IMG/VR virus record: IMGVR_UViG_3300050501_000322
DNA length: 64,000 nt
From: a virus
Reading direction: 5' to 3' (one strand)
Under the pieces are notes generated by a model, which worked only from the letters and a program-made list of their open reading frames with translations, ran no database searches and was not told the DNA's origin. Below are positions 35,415-44,656 of the stretch, piece after piece (positions within the stretch are counted from its first letter, which is position 1; every line of letters starts with the position of its first letter). A program made the position numbers and the translations under genes.

Positions 35415-35620
35415 ACCTCCAGTTTCTCTCCCAGTGTGAGCGCCACCAGGGACTCAATCCCGAGACCGGGCGCTGCTACGACGTCTGCAAACCGGGAGAG
35501 GTTTATAAGGCTCAAGAGGGATGCGAGCCAGATAGCTTCGTAAAGCAATACGGAGTTTTGATGGGCACAGCGATTTTGTTCGGGACGATTTTTTGGCTCT
35601 CAACGAGGCGCAGCAGATGA
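35411..35620 (+). CDS. WLGQ-tag small membrane protein
   Basis: MNLQFLSQ; Cys-rich; C-terminal TM plus RRSR. Confidence 0.6.
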   Translation: MNLQFLSQCERHQGLNPETGRCYDVCKPGEVYKAQEGCEPDSFVKQYGVLMGTAILFGTIFWLSTRRSR

Positions 35621-36246
35621 AGCTCCAATTCCTCGGGCAGCAGACGCTCGGCCTCGTGAGTGGCCACGCCTATCAGGCGCGCTGGCTTGTGCCCGGAACG
35701 GCGGGAGACTTTCCCTGCCCGATTTCGGACGCGAAGGTGAACCAGGTCAAGGACATCCTCGGAACTCTCGGCAGCATGGTGACTCCGCAGTTCGCGACTT
35801 CGAACTGGGAGATTCCGGCGGTCTTGAAGCTGCCGAACCAGACCGTATTCGATCAGCTTCGCTGGCCAGCGGACCGACGTGAAGTTCCGCCGCCGACCCC
35901 TCAGGGGACGTGCCCGATCTGGACTCAGTCGGTGACGACGAACGACTTCAATCTCCCGCTCGCGGCTGTGCAGAACGCGCTCGCGCCTCTCGGCGGCATC
36001 CTCCTGAACTTCTGGGACAACACGACCGGGCAGCGCATCTACGATCGACCAGCCGCTCAGTTTGTGCCGGGCGGTGGCCAGGTGTCGCCGGGTCAGCCGC
36101 CGATCGTTCCAGGAACGCCTCCTGTGGTTCAGCCGCCGCCTCCGCAGACTCAGCCTCCCGCGACCGAAGAGAAGAAGGTGAGTCCGCTAGTTTGGCTGCT
36201 CGGCGGTGCAGTCTTGATCGGGGCCGTAGTTCTCGTAACGAGGTGA
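35617..36246 (+). CDS. WLGQ-tag membrane protein, paralog family A
   Basis: MKLQFLGQ; GHAYQARW...WPADRR...FWD; Pro-rich stalk; TM. Confidence 0.7.
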   Translation: MKLQFLGQQTLGLVSGHAYQARWLVPGTAGDFPCPISDAKVNQVKDILGTLGSMVTPQFATSNWEIPAVLKLPNQTVFDQLRWPADRREVPPPTPQGTCPIWTQSVTTNDFNLPLAAVQNALAPLGGILLNFWDNTTGQRIYDRPAAQFVPGGGQVSPGQPPIVPGTPPVVQPPPPQTQPPATEEKKVSPLVWLLGGAVLIGAVVLVTR

Positions 36247-36247
36247 A

Positions 36248-36430
36248 GTGATGTACGGATTTTTGAGTGAGGGCGTCGTGGTGAGACCGAGACCGCGAAA
36301 GAAGCCGCGCGTACTCTTCGGCCTCGCCGCGACCGGAATCGGCTACGCGCTCGGCGGTCTGCCTGGCGCCGCGATCGGCGCGGCCGCGGCTCTTCTGAAA
36401 GGAAGGCTCGATGAAACTCGAGTGGGCTGA
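36248..36430 (+). CDS. small Gly-zipper membrane protein
   Basis: GIGYALGGLPGAAIGAAAA. Confidence 0.55.
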   Translation: MMYGFLSEGVVVRPRPRKKPRVLFGLAATGIGYALGGLPGAAIGAAAALLKGRLDETRVG

Positions 36431-36743
36431 GGCCCGATCAGCCGTTCGCGTGCCGAACGGATCTATTTCAACGACGAAGAGACCTGAGACGCTCGGCCAG
36501 GTCGAGGTGGGTGGAGTCATGATCCCGCCCTGGTACGGGACCATCGCGCTTTTAACCGACATTGCTGGCGCCTATCACGGCTACAAGCGTGGTCGAAAGC
36601 ACCCGGTGTGGAACGCGATTGCATGGAGCTTCGCTGGTTGGGTGTGGCCTATCACGATTCCGGTCATGATTGCGCAGGGGTTCGGGAAGCCGAGTGGGCG
36701 ACGGTCGAATCCGAGACGTCGGAGGCGACGTCGTCGGCGATGA
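36411..36743 (+). CDS. membrane protein with a C-terminal SNP-poly-Arg tail
   Basis: MKLEWAE...TLGQ; two hydrophobic segments; RRSNPRRRRRRRR. Confidence 0.65.
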   Translation: MKLEWAEARSAVRVPNGSISTTKRPETLGQVEVGGVMIPPWYGTIALLTDIAGAYHGYKRGRKHPVWNAIAWSFAGWVWPITIPVMIAQGFGKPSGRRSNPRRRRRRRRR

Positions 36744-37405
36744 ATCTCCTCTGGCTTGGCGCCCTCAGCCATCGCCAGGCCCGAGACACTCTCGAGGCCG
36801 CGTTCCGCGACGTCTTCGGTCGCGCCGGCAAACTTCCCGAGCTCCAGTACGCGCAGGCCGTGAGCCTCGGCGAGGGCGGCCAGTATGGCTCTGGCTGCTA
36901 CAAGAACAGGCCAACGGGCCAGAGTATCTGCGACACGAACAACTGGGGCGCGCTCCAGTGCCGGCAGCTCCCGCCGTGCCCCGAGGGCTGCGTCGAGGCG
37001 ACCGACACTCACCGCGACGGGACGCCCTACCAGGCCTGCTTCAGGACGTTCGCGACGCCAGAGGCCGGCGCGGCAGCCTATTTACGCAGGCTCTACGGGA
37101 GCGGCGACACGCTCCGGCTAGCGGGCGCCGGCCGGTACGAGGACGCCGTCCACGCCCAACGCGCGACCGGCTACTTCGAGCTCGACCCTGACAAGTACTG
37201 GTCGTCTGTCGACAAGAACGTCGACCGGGTCGCTGCGGCCCTTGGTGAGCCCCGAGGCGACCACGGAGCTGTTGCCCTGGTTGCCCGCGGCAGGGCACTT
37301 CTCCCCTACGCGGCGGCCCTGGCTGCCGTGGGGGCCGGCGCTTACTACCTCTTTCCCGACGTTCGGCGGCTAGCCCGGCGGGGTGCCCGGGTGGTAGGAT
37401 TGTAG
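36740..37405 (+). CDS. membrane-anchored glucosaminidase/muramidase (GH73-like), WLGQ-tag
   Basis: MNLLWLGA; LGEGG...NNWGA...FRTFATPEAG...GYF; C-terminal TM. Confidence 0.65.
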   Translation: MNLLWLGALSHRQARDTLEAAFRDVFGRAGKLPELQYAQAVSLGEGGQYGSGCYKNRPTGQSICDTNNWGALQCRQLPPCPEGCVEATDTHRDGTPYQACFRTFATPEAGAAAYLRRLYGSGDTLRLAGAGRYEDAVHAQRATGYFELDPDKYWSSVDKNVDRVAAALGEPRGDHGAVALVARGRALLPYAAALAAVGAGAYYLFPDVRRLARRGARVVGL

Positions 37406-37413
37406 AGGCGAAG

Positions 37414-37683
37414 ATGCGACTTCAATGGGTCGGCCAGTTTGAGATGCCCGTCTGCCCGCCGGGTTCATTCCTCGATCCCTTCGCCCGCATCTGCGTCTCG
37501 CCGACCCAGGGCCAGGTTCCCGCAGTCAACCCCAACATTCCTCCGCCGGTGACGACTGTCCCCGTGGTGACGGTAACGCCGACTCAGGCCGAAAAAGAGA
37601 GGAGCCGCGCTCTGGTCTACGCAGCGGCCATCGTGGGCGCGGGCATCGTGACGGCCGTCGTCCTCTCGAAGGTCGTGTCTTGA
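37414..37683 (+). CDS. WLGQ-tag small membrane protein
   Basis: MRLQWVGQ; CPPG...C; C-terminal TM. Confidence 0.65.
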   Translation: MRLQWVGQFEMPVCPPGSFLDPFARICVSPTQGQVPAVNPNIPPPVTTVPVVTVTPTQAEKERSRALVYAAAIVGAGIVTAVVLSKVVS

Positions 37684-38282
37684 TGCTCAAGTGGCTCGGC
37701 CAGGAGGCGGGTACGATCGACCTCGAGCGCGGGCACATCTATCGCGCGCGCTGGGTCGTCATGAACCCGATCCCGCTCGTGACGTGCGCGTCGCTACCGG
37801 TCGGTCCCATCATCCAGCAGATCTTGAACCTCCCGGGAACTGGCACCGCGTTCCCGGCTGACCTCCGGGTTTTCACGACGCTCTCCGGGCTCCCCTCCGA
37901 CTGGCCCGCTGACCGCCGCGACTTTGCAGGTAGAGCCGCGAGTGAGTGCGTTGTGTGGGCCGAGATGCGTGCGGCGAGTGATGTCCCCGGGTTCGAAATC
38001 AACGCCATGCAGCAGGCGCTCTCTCCGTTCGGTGGCCGGCTCATAGATTTCTGGGACGAGACGACCGACGAGGTGCTGATCGATAACCAGGTCGGTCGTC
38101 CAGGTCCTCCTCCTCCGACGACTCCGCCTCCGCCGACGACTGAGCCACCTCCACCTGGATCAAAACCGCCGACGCCGATGACGCCGCCACCGAAACCCAA
38201 AAAGAAGCCCTCTGAGGTCATCATCCCCTGGGCCCTCGTGATCGGAGGCGCGTCGCTGCTCATTCGAGTTCTGAGGGGCTAA
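37680..38282 (+). CDS. WLGQ-tag membrane protein, paralog family A
   Basis: MMLKWLGQ; GHIYRARW...WPADRR...FWD; poly-Pro stalk; TM. Confidence 0.7.
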   Translation: MMLKWLGQEAGTIDLERGHIYRARWVVMNPIPLVTCASLPVGPIIQQILNLPGTGTAFPADLRVFTTLSGLPSDWPADRRDFAGRAASECVVWAEMRAASDVPGFEINAMQQALSPFGGRLIDFWDETTDEVLIDNQVGRPGPPPPTTPPPPTTEPPPPGSKPPTPMTPPPKPKKKPSEVIIPWALVIGGASLLIRVLRG

Positions 38283-38284
38283 TC

Positions 38285-38476
38285 ATGCACCCCGTGCTCG
38301 TGAACCTGTTCCACGGCCTCGCCGAAAAGATTGACGAGGACCCGGAGAAGTTCGAGCGCAAAGTGAAGACGTTGAAGCGCCGCCTGAAGAAGAAGCTCAA
38401 CTCGCCCGAGTTCAAGCAGGAGATCAAGGGCGTGCTCCTCCGTGTCGTCGCCCAGAAGATGAGGCAGTTCCGATGA
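38285..38476 (+). CDS. small basic protein
   Basis: 63-aa Lys/Arg-rich coupled ORF. Confidence 0.5.
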   Translation: MHPVLVNLFHGLAEKIDEDPEKFERKVKTLKRRLKKKLNSPEFKQEIKGVLLRVVAQKMRQFR

Positions 38477-38928
38477 AATTCAAGCTTCTGCCGGATGGTC
38501 GCGTGCAGATTCCGGACGAGTACCTGGATTTTCTGCCCGTCTACTACAACGAGAATCCAGAGGGCAGACCTACCACCTCGTTCAATATCCCTAGCGGCGA
38601 TATACCGACAGTGATCATCACTCGTCGAGTCGACGCTCCAGAGGGCTACGGGGCCATCGTCCGGGCAACGATCCGCGCAATCAATAGCTCCGGCAGTTCG
38701 GATGACTGCACTTGGGACGTGAGCCTCGACGGGACGATTATACGCGCTCACCTCTTCAACATCGCGACCAGCCCGTCGAACTCCGAGGGTTCCTTGCAGG
38801 CGGTCGTTCGCGAGCTTACTCCTGGACCCCGCGTTTTCACGCTGAACGCTCAGAGTAACGGCGGAATCGGCGTCATTGCCGAGATGACGATTCAGCTTGT
38901 TTCGTCAGTCAGACTGGTAGTGAACTGA
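38473..38928 (+). CDS. putative spike/vertex protein (beta-sandwich)
   Basis: Strand-rich 151 aa. Confidence 0.5.
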   Translation: MKFKLLPDGRVQIPDEYLDFLPVYYNENPEGRPTTSFNIPSGDIPTVIITRRVDAPEGYGAIVRATIRAINSSGSSDDCTWDVSLDGTIIRAHLFNIATSPSNSEGSLQAVVRELTPGPRVFTLNAQSNGGIGVIAEMTIQLVSSVRLVVN

Positions 38929-39441
38929 ATGCGCTGCGGCTGCACAGGAGGCGGTGGCATCGGGCAGCAGTGCCCGCCGTGTCCGCTCGCGGAATTTCTG
39001 AGCTATCTCGACGGCTCTCTTACGCCGCTGGACATCCCGCTCAGCACGACTCCGACCACTAGAAACCTGGCCAGCATCCCGATTAGCATCCCTGCAGCAG
39101 TCCCTGGTTTTGGGCTCTGGATGATGGGTTCTGCTTCGATGTCTCTTTTCGGTGAAAATACCGGAGCGATTGTCGTCACAGCCCTCAAAATCAATGCGAC
39201 TGTTTTGCAGGCTAGCGTTGTTGGTAACGTCGCTACGTTTGGACCGATGGCGACAAATACGACCGAGGTCGACGCCATAAACGGCGGCCAAAACAACATT
39301 ACTCCAGGAAACTACGCTCTTTTTTACGAGATCACCGCCCAGCTCATAGCTGCTGGAACCGGCACCTTGAGAGTGCACTCTGCTACTCTCTATGCACGGC
39401 TCCCTCGTGCCAATAACTACACAGTCTTTGGAGGTCCGTGA
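38929..39441 (+). CDS. putative spike protein
   Basis: MRCGC...CPPCP N-terminus; beta-rich; lower GC. Confidence 0.5.
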   Translation: MRCGCTGGGGIGQQCPPCPLAEFLSYLDGSLTPLDIPLSTTPTTRNLASIPISIPAAVPGFGLWMMGSASMSLFGENTGAIVVTALKINATVLQASVVGNVATFGPMATNTTEVDAINGGQNNITPGNYALFYEITAQLIAAGTGTLRVHSATLYARLPRANNYTVFGGP

Positions 39442-39929
39442 TGCGTTGTGGGTGCACGAGTCCCTGTCCTTCTTGCCCTCAGAGCGTCTACGTCGACCAC
39501 CTTGTGATCCCGCCTGGGGCCGCGACGTTCATCACGCTGAATCTGACGACAACGCCGCAGACATTTGACCTGGCTACAACGACTTTTAACATTCCGGCTG
39601 CGTTGCCGGGTCTGGGTTTTACGAACGTTGCCGAATGGAATGGCTTGGCCGGAGACGATCAGAACGAGCTCACTGCAGCCTGGCAAATTTTGCTGGATGG
39701 TGTCCCTCTAAATGCCCGATCTAAACTGAACTGGCAGGCCGATGAGGCAGAGAGCATGTCGATCATCACCGGGCGCCAGCAGTTAACATCAGGTAATAAC
39801 ACTCTTACGTTTCGCTTGACCGCTTTTATGGAGTTTGGAACCGGTCAACTGTTCATCCTCGGCGCTGCAATGCGAACTGACCTGATCCGTTCTGACAGCC
39901 TGGTTGTTACCGGCGCCCCAGTTCCGTGA
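39438..39929 (+). CDS. putative spike protein, paralog of 38929
   Basis: MMRCGC...CPSCP N-terminus; shared LxTTP motif; beta-rich. Confidence 0.5.
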   Translation: MMRCGCTSPCPSCPQSVYVDHLVIPPGAATFITLNLTTTPQTFDLATTTFNIPAALPGLGFTNVAEWNGLAGDDQNELTAAWQILLDGVPLNARSKLNWQADEAESMSIITGRQQLTSGNNTLTFRLTAFMEFGTGQLFILGAAMRTDLIRSDSLVVTGAPVP

Positions 39930-41038
39930 TCCGTCCGAGCCTCGGAGAGCTGCTCGAGGGAGCGACGCTTCGGACGAGACCCTCGAAGTCCGACAAGCCG
40001 ACCGTTCTCTTTCACACGCCCTTTACGCGCGTTGACGACGGCTGGTCGATTGCCGCCCGGCGCTACGCTCGAGCGATGCACGAGGCTGGGCTCGACGTCC
40101 GACTCGTCTCCTTCGACGAGACCGTGACGGAGCTCGACCAGCAAGTTGTCGCTGAAGTCGGGCCGTGCCTGAAGTACGCCGATCGCTGGGACCTGCACCT
40201 CCTGTCGACGGCCATCACGCACGTCAGGCACGCCTCCGCCTCGGTGTCAACGCTCGGCTACGACTCAGCGCCGAGTGCCATGCACGTCGTCTTCGAGCGC
40301 CTGAGAATCGAGCCGGCGATGGCGGAAGTCTTGAACAACTTGACGGGCGTCTGGGCGCAGTGCTCGAGCAACCGCGACGCGCTCGTCAAGGCTCACGTCC
40401 GCGACGTCGAACTTATCGGGATGCCGTGGTTCGACGATGATCCGCTGCTCGCGTTGCCGAAGCCTGAAAGGTGCGATCGGTTTCTCTACGTCGGCCGTGT
40501 CGAGTTCAGAAAATCTCCCGAGCGCCTCGTGAGGGCCTTCAGCCGCGCGTTCAAGCCAGGCGAGGCGTCGCTCACGATCAAGCTCAGCCGATACACTGGC
40601 TTGAGCTCGGTCGACCAGATTCGAGAGTTCGATGGCGCCGTGGCGGCCGACCCGAACGTGACCGTGTTTCAGAGCGAGCTCAGCCGCGAGCAAATGCTCC
40701 GACTCTACGCCGAGCACGACGTCTATTGCTCGGCGAGTCGCGGAGAGGGCTGGGACCTCCCGGCCTACCACATGAAGCTCGCCGGACGGCGCCTCGCGAT
40801 AACTGACTCGGGTGGGCCGAGAGACTTCGTTGGTGAGGGCGACACGCTCGTGCCAGTGACGGGCGAAGTGCTCGACGACTTCGGCCACCCCTACGCCGAC
40901 CACGACCTCGATCACCTCGTGATGGCGCTCCAGCTTGCGCGTTCGAAGCCGGGACCAGGAAGCAGACCGCCAACGCACCTGAACTCGCAAGAGATCGGCC
41001 GGAAATTCAAGGCCTGGGTCGAGCGGTTGACCGCGTAG
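39926..41038 (+). CDS. GT-B (GT4-like) glycosyltransferase
   Basis: FLYVGRVEFRKSPERL...DVYCSASRGEGWDLP...TDSGGPRDFV. Confidence 0.85.
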   Translation: MIRPSLGELLEGATLRTRPSKSDKPTVLFHTPFTRVDDGWSIAARRYARAMHEAGLDVRLVSFDETVTELDQQVVAEVGPCLKYADRWDLHLLSTAITHVRHASASVSTLGYDSAPSAMHVVFERLRIEPAMAEVLNNLTGVWAQCSSNRDALVKAHVRDVELIGMPWFDDDPLLALPKPERCDRFLYVGRVEFRKSPERLVRAFSRAFKPGEASLTIKLSRYTGLSSVDQIREFDGAVAADPNVTVFQSELSREQMLRLYAEHDVYCSASRGEGWDLPAYHMKLAGRRLAITDSGGPRDFVGEGDTLVPVTGEVLDDFGHPYADHDLDHLVMALQLARSKPGPGSRPPTHLNSQEIGRKFKAWVERLTA

Positions 41039-41063
41039 CACATTTGGTATACGTCGTTGGATC

Positions 41064-41243
41064 GTGGGAACTGAGACCACGACGACGATACGGCTGACCG
41101 ACCGCGACCGTCAGATTATTGAGCGGATGAAGAACGAACTCGGTCTGCTCACGAGGTCGGAAGTAATTCGCCACGCGCTCCGGATCTGGGACGCGATAAC
41201 AGCGCCTGGAAAGCCTTCAAAGCTAAAGAGGCGTCGGAAGTGA
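41064..41243 (+). CDS. CopG-like ribbon-helix-helix regulator (59 aa, not in the ORF track)
   Basis: GTG 41064; TTTIRLTDRDRQIIERMKNELGLLTRSEVIRHAL; TGGTATAC -10-like box at about 41045. Confidence 0.7.
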   Translation: MGTETTTTIRLTDRDRQIIERMKNELGLLTRSEVIRHALRIWDAITAPGKPSKLKRRRK

Positions 41244-42325
41244 GCCCCTTCGGTCCCCGTAAAGTTCCGACGCGGATCAGGCGTAAGCAGTATCCGCCGC
41301 GGGAAGAGCCTCAAGCAACTGAAGTCGAAGTCAAAAAGAAAAAACGCGACCGGTGGGGCAAAGTAATCGAGACTAAGATGAGCTCAGCGATCCAGTACTC
41401 GCCCGAGGCGTGTCGCGACTACCCGAGCATCGTTAAACAGTGTGAGAAAGGGGGCTTTCAGTTCCGCTGGGTGATTTCTGATCGGCTGCTTCCCGGACCT
41501 CATCACTATAACCCCGGTCTCATCGAGCGTGTCGACGGGCTCTGGATGGCCTACCGCGACCAAGACGAGCACCGAGACTCCCGCATCGGTATCTGCCGCC
41601 TCGCCGGCGACGAGGTACACCCCGAGGAGAATCGGGAGGTCAAGCTTCCGGATCACTTCGGTCGACTCGAGCAGCGCGAGGACCCGCGCCTCTTCTGGTT
41701 CCGTGGCGAGGTCTGGATGAACTACGTCGCTTGGAACAGAAAACGCTGCGCCGCGATGGCGATTGTCCGGCTGAGCGAGGACTGGGAGGTCATCGAGGAG
41801 CTGACGACGACGTGGGGCAGCAACTGGGACCTGAACGTGTTTCAGAAGAACTGGGCGTTCTTCGATCGGCCGGAGGGACTCACGATGATCTACTACGTGA
41901 GTCCAGCTCACGAAGTCGTGCGAGTCGACGAAGTCGGTCGAGGGACTGATCACATCAGAGAGAAGGGCGTGCAGTGGGCCTGGGGTCTGCCGCGGGGCGG
42001 AACGCCACCGGTCCTGGTCGAGGGACTCTACTGGACCTTCTTTCACTCGAGGCTCTTCACTTCTGGCCACCGCTTCCGCTACTTCGCCGGCGCGTATGCC
42101 TTTTCTCCGGAGCAGCCGTTCACGCCGGTCAAGATGACGGGGAGGCCCCTCTTCGCTGCGAGCGACGAGGATCCGAACATCTCGACGCTGCCGCTCGCGG
42201 TGTTCCCGTGTGGAGCTGTTCACAGAAGCGGCGAGTGGTGGGTGTCAATTGGCGTGAATGATACGCGGTGCGCGATCGTGCGAGTCGGTCACCAAGAACT
42301 TTTGAAGAGGATGGTCCCGTGCTGA
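41240..42325 (+). CDS. five-bladed beta-propeller glycosidase/phosphorylase-like protein (GH130-like)
   Basis: YNPGL, EDPRLF, QKNWAFF, RGGTPPV, VFPCGA, GVND. Confidence 0.7.
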   Translation: MSPFGPRKVPTRIRRKQYPPREEPQATEVEVKKKKRDRWGKVIETKMSSAIQYSPEACRDYPSIVKQCEKGGFQFRWVISDRLLPGPHHYNPGLIERVDGLWMAYRDQDEHRDSRIGICRLAGDEVHPEENREVKLPDHFGRLEQREDPRLFWFRGEVWMNYVAWNRKRCAAMAIVRLSEDWEVIEELTTTWGSNWDLNVFQKNWAFFDRPEGLTMIYYVSPAHEVVRVDEVGRGTDHIREKGVQWAWGLPRGGTPPVLVEGLYWTFFHSRLFTSGHRFRYFAGAYAFSPEQPFTPVKMTGRPLFAASDEDPNISTLPLAVFPCGAVHRSGEWWVSIGVNDTRCAIVRVGHQELLKRMVPC

Positions 42326-42945
42326 TCTCTGAGAGGCTGAAGAAGACCCTCGACGAGCACCTGTCAACGATGCACGGATGGTGCTCGCGTGAGAAGGCTT
42401 ATGCGATGGCAGAAATCGTGCTTGAGAGTAAACCCGAAGTCTCCGTTGAAATCGGCGTCTGGGGAGGCAAATCGTTTTTGGCGATGGCGCTTGCTCACGT
42501 ACAGCTTGCCAAGGGTCACGCCTACGGCATCGATCCGTGGTCAAAAGATGCCGCGCTCGACGGCGTGCAAGAAAAGGAGAATCTCGATTGGTGGGCCGCT
42601 CAGAACTACGACGCCATCTACGAGGGTTGTCTCCGCTCGATGCTGGACTCAGCGCCTGTCAACCGATGGACGATCTACCGGGCCACGTCACAGAAGGCCG
42701 TCGGGCTCTTCGATGCCATCGATTTTCTGCACATCGACGGAAATCACTCCGAAAAAGCCAGTACCGGCGACATCATGGCGTACCTTCCGAAGCTCGTATC
42801 TGGAGGTCACCTACTTTTTGACGACGTCGACTGGTTCTCGACGAAGAGGGCCGTGAGTCTCGTCGAGGAGCGCTGCGATGTAGTCAGAGCCGTTCCTTCG
42901 GTACCCAAGGTCAGCGCAGCGTGGACTCTATACAGGAAGCGATGA
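42319..42945 (+). CDS. class I SAM methyltransferase (Methyltransf_24-like)
   Basis: VEIGVWGGKS, GIDPW, LHIDGNHS, GGHLLFDD. Confidence 0.85.
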   Translation: MLISERLKKTLDEHLSTMHGWCSREKAYAMAEIVLESKPEVSVEIGVWGGKSFLAMALAHVQLAKGHAYGIDPWSKDAALDGVQEKENLDWWAAQNYDAIYEGCLRSMLDSAPVNRWTIYRATSQKAVGLFDAIDFLHIDGNHSEKASTGDIMAYLPKLVSGGHLLFDDVDWFSTKRAVSLVEERCDVVRAVPSVPKVSAAWTLYRKR

Positions 42946-43874
42946 TGTTCCTCGACGGAAAATCGGTGCTCATTACGGGCGGAACCGGGTCGCTTGGGCA
43001 CGCTCTCGTCAAGAGGCTCGTGGATACTGATGTCGAGCTCCGTGTCTTCTCGCGCGACGAGGCGAAGCAAGACGCGATGCGGCAGCTCTATCCGAAAGTC
43101 GACTACATCACCGGTGACATCAGAGACCCCGTGGCGCTCACTGACGCCATGGAGGGTGCCGATTACGTTTTTCACGCGGCAGCTCTGAAGCAGGTTCCGA
43201 ACTGCGAGCGATTCCCGGTCGAGGCGATACGAACGAATACTCTGGGAGCTCTGAACCTCGCCGAAGCAGCCAAAAAATGTCGCCCGCGGGCCGTGATCGC
43301 CATCTCGACCGACAAAGCCGTCGAGCCGCTAAACACGATGGGCCTCACGAAGGCTCTCATGGAGCGGATCGTTCTCAGCCGAGACACTCCCGAAATGATG
43401 GTCGTCCGGTACGGCAACGTGATTGGTTCGCGTGGCTCGGTCGTCCCGCTCTTCCTCGACTGCATCGCGAACGGGAGATCACTGCCGATCACGAACCGCC
43501 ACATGACGAGGTTTCTCTTTTGTCTCTCGGATGCGGTCGATTTGCTGCTTCGAGTTGCCGAGGACGGCGTCGGCGGTCAGCTCTGGGTGAAGAAGATGCC
43601 AGCTGCGACGGTAGACACGATTGCTCAGGCTTGCCTCAAATTTCGAGGTCAGGAGCGTCGTAGCACCGAACAATTCGGCATTCGGCCCGGCGAGAAGATG
43701 CACGAAGTGCTCGTTACCTCTGACGAGCGGCGAAGAGCGAAGGAGACCGGCGAGCACTTCATAATTTACCAGGGATTTGAAGTCTTCGGCACGATGGACG
43801 AGTACACGTCGGAGAACACCGAGCGCCTCGACGTCGACGGCGTCGTGAAGCTGCTCGAGAAGGCTGGGTTATGA
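42942..43874 (+). CDS. UDP-GlcNAc 4,6-dehydratase/5-epimerase (FnlA/CapE/WbjB-like)
   Basis: ITGGTGSLG, FSRDEAKQ, HAAALKQVP, STDKA, MGLTKALME (Met at the SDR Tyr position), RYGNVIGSRGSV, GIRPGEKMHE. Confidence 0.9.
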   Translation: MMFLDGKSVLITGGTGSLGHALVKRLVDTDVELRVFSRDEAKQDAMRQLYPKVDYITGDIRDPVALTDAMEGADYVFHAAALKQVPNCERFPVEAIRTNTLGALNLAEAAKKCRPRAVIAISTDKAVEPLNTMGLTKALMERIVLSRDTPEMMVVRYGNVIGSRGSVVPLFLDCIANGRSLPITNRHMTRFLFCLSDAVDLLLRVAEDGVGGQLWVKKMPAATVDTIAQACLKFRGQERRSTEQFGIRPGEKMHEVLVTSDERRRAKETGEHFIIYQGFEVFGTMDEYTSENTERLDVDGVVKLLEKAGL

Positions 43875-44656
43875 GAGTTGCTGTACTCGGGGCGAACGGG
43901 ATGCTCGGCGCTCGTGTCGTCGAGGAGCTTGAGCGAGCAAATCACTTGGTCTTTGCGCTGAAGAGGCAGCAGGGCGACCTAAGCAACAAGGATCATGTAC
44001 TGAATCTCGCCTGGACGGATGTGGATTGGTTCGTGAATTGTGCCGGCATCGTCAAGAGTCGAGAAGCAGAGGCTGTCCAGATGGTTCTCGTCAATTCGGC
44101 AGCACCCCATTGGCTAGAAAATGAAGTGATGCAGCGCGGTGAACCGCCTCGCATCCTTCACGTCTCTACGGACTGCGTGTTCAGCGGGCGAGGCCATCTT
44201 TATTTGCCTACCGACGAGCCAGATCCGGTCGACCTTTACGGCGCGACGAAGTTAGCTGGAGAGCTCACTGGTTCGCAGTCGATCACGATTCGAACATCGT
44301 TCATTGGTTGGGAAAATGCCACTCAGCGCGGTCTTCTCGAATGGTTCGTGAGGCAGAAGAAGGTCCAGGGATATGCGAACGCTTTCTGGTCTGGCCTATC
44401 TGCTCGCGAAGTGGCTCGATCGATTACGAGAATAGTCAGCCACTCCCCTGACTTGTCCTGTGGCAGGGTCTATCACATCACCGGTAGTGTAATTTCGAAG
44501 TTAAATCTGCTTCGTACACTCAGAGACGCACTAGAGCTCGACGTGGAGATCGAGGAAGTCTTCGAACCACACATCGACCGGAGTTTGAGCCCAAACATCG
44601 GGGCCCCATCCTGGGAAGAAATGGCCGCCGAACTCGCACAGGAGCGGCCGAAGTGA
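43871..44656 (+). CDS. RmlD-like NDP-4-keto-6-deoxyhexose reductase
   Basis: GANGMLG, NCAG, STDCVFSG, YGATKLAGE, IRTSFIG. Confidence 0.9.
   Translation: MRVAVLGANGMLGARVVEELERANHLVFALKRQQGDLSNKDHVLNLAWTDVDWFVNCAGIVKSREAEAVQMVLVNSAAPHWLENEVMQRGEPPRILHVSTDCVFSGRGHLYLPTDEPDPVDLYGATKLAGELTGSQSITIRTSFIGWENATQRGLLEWFVRQKKVQGYANAFWSGLSAREVARSITRIVSHSPDLSCGRVYHITGSVISKLNLLRTLRDALELDVEIEEVFEPHIDRSLSPNIGAPSWEEMAAELAQERPK

Noticed and set aside
35229-37683. MYXO-CTERM or other host sorting signals on the small TM proteins
   Set aside because: Tails lack the GGCxC-type motif before the TM; they are simple tail anchors
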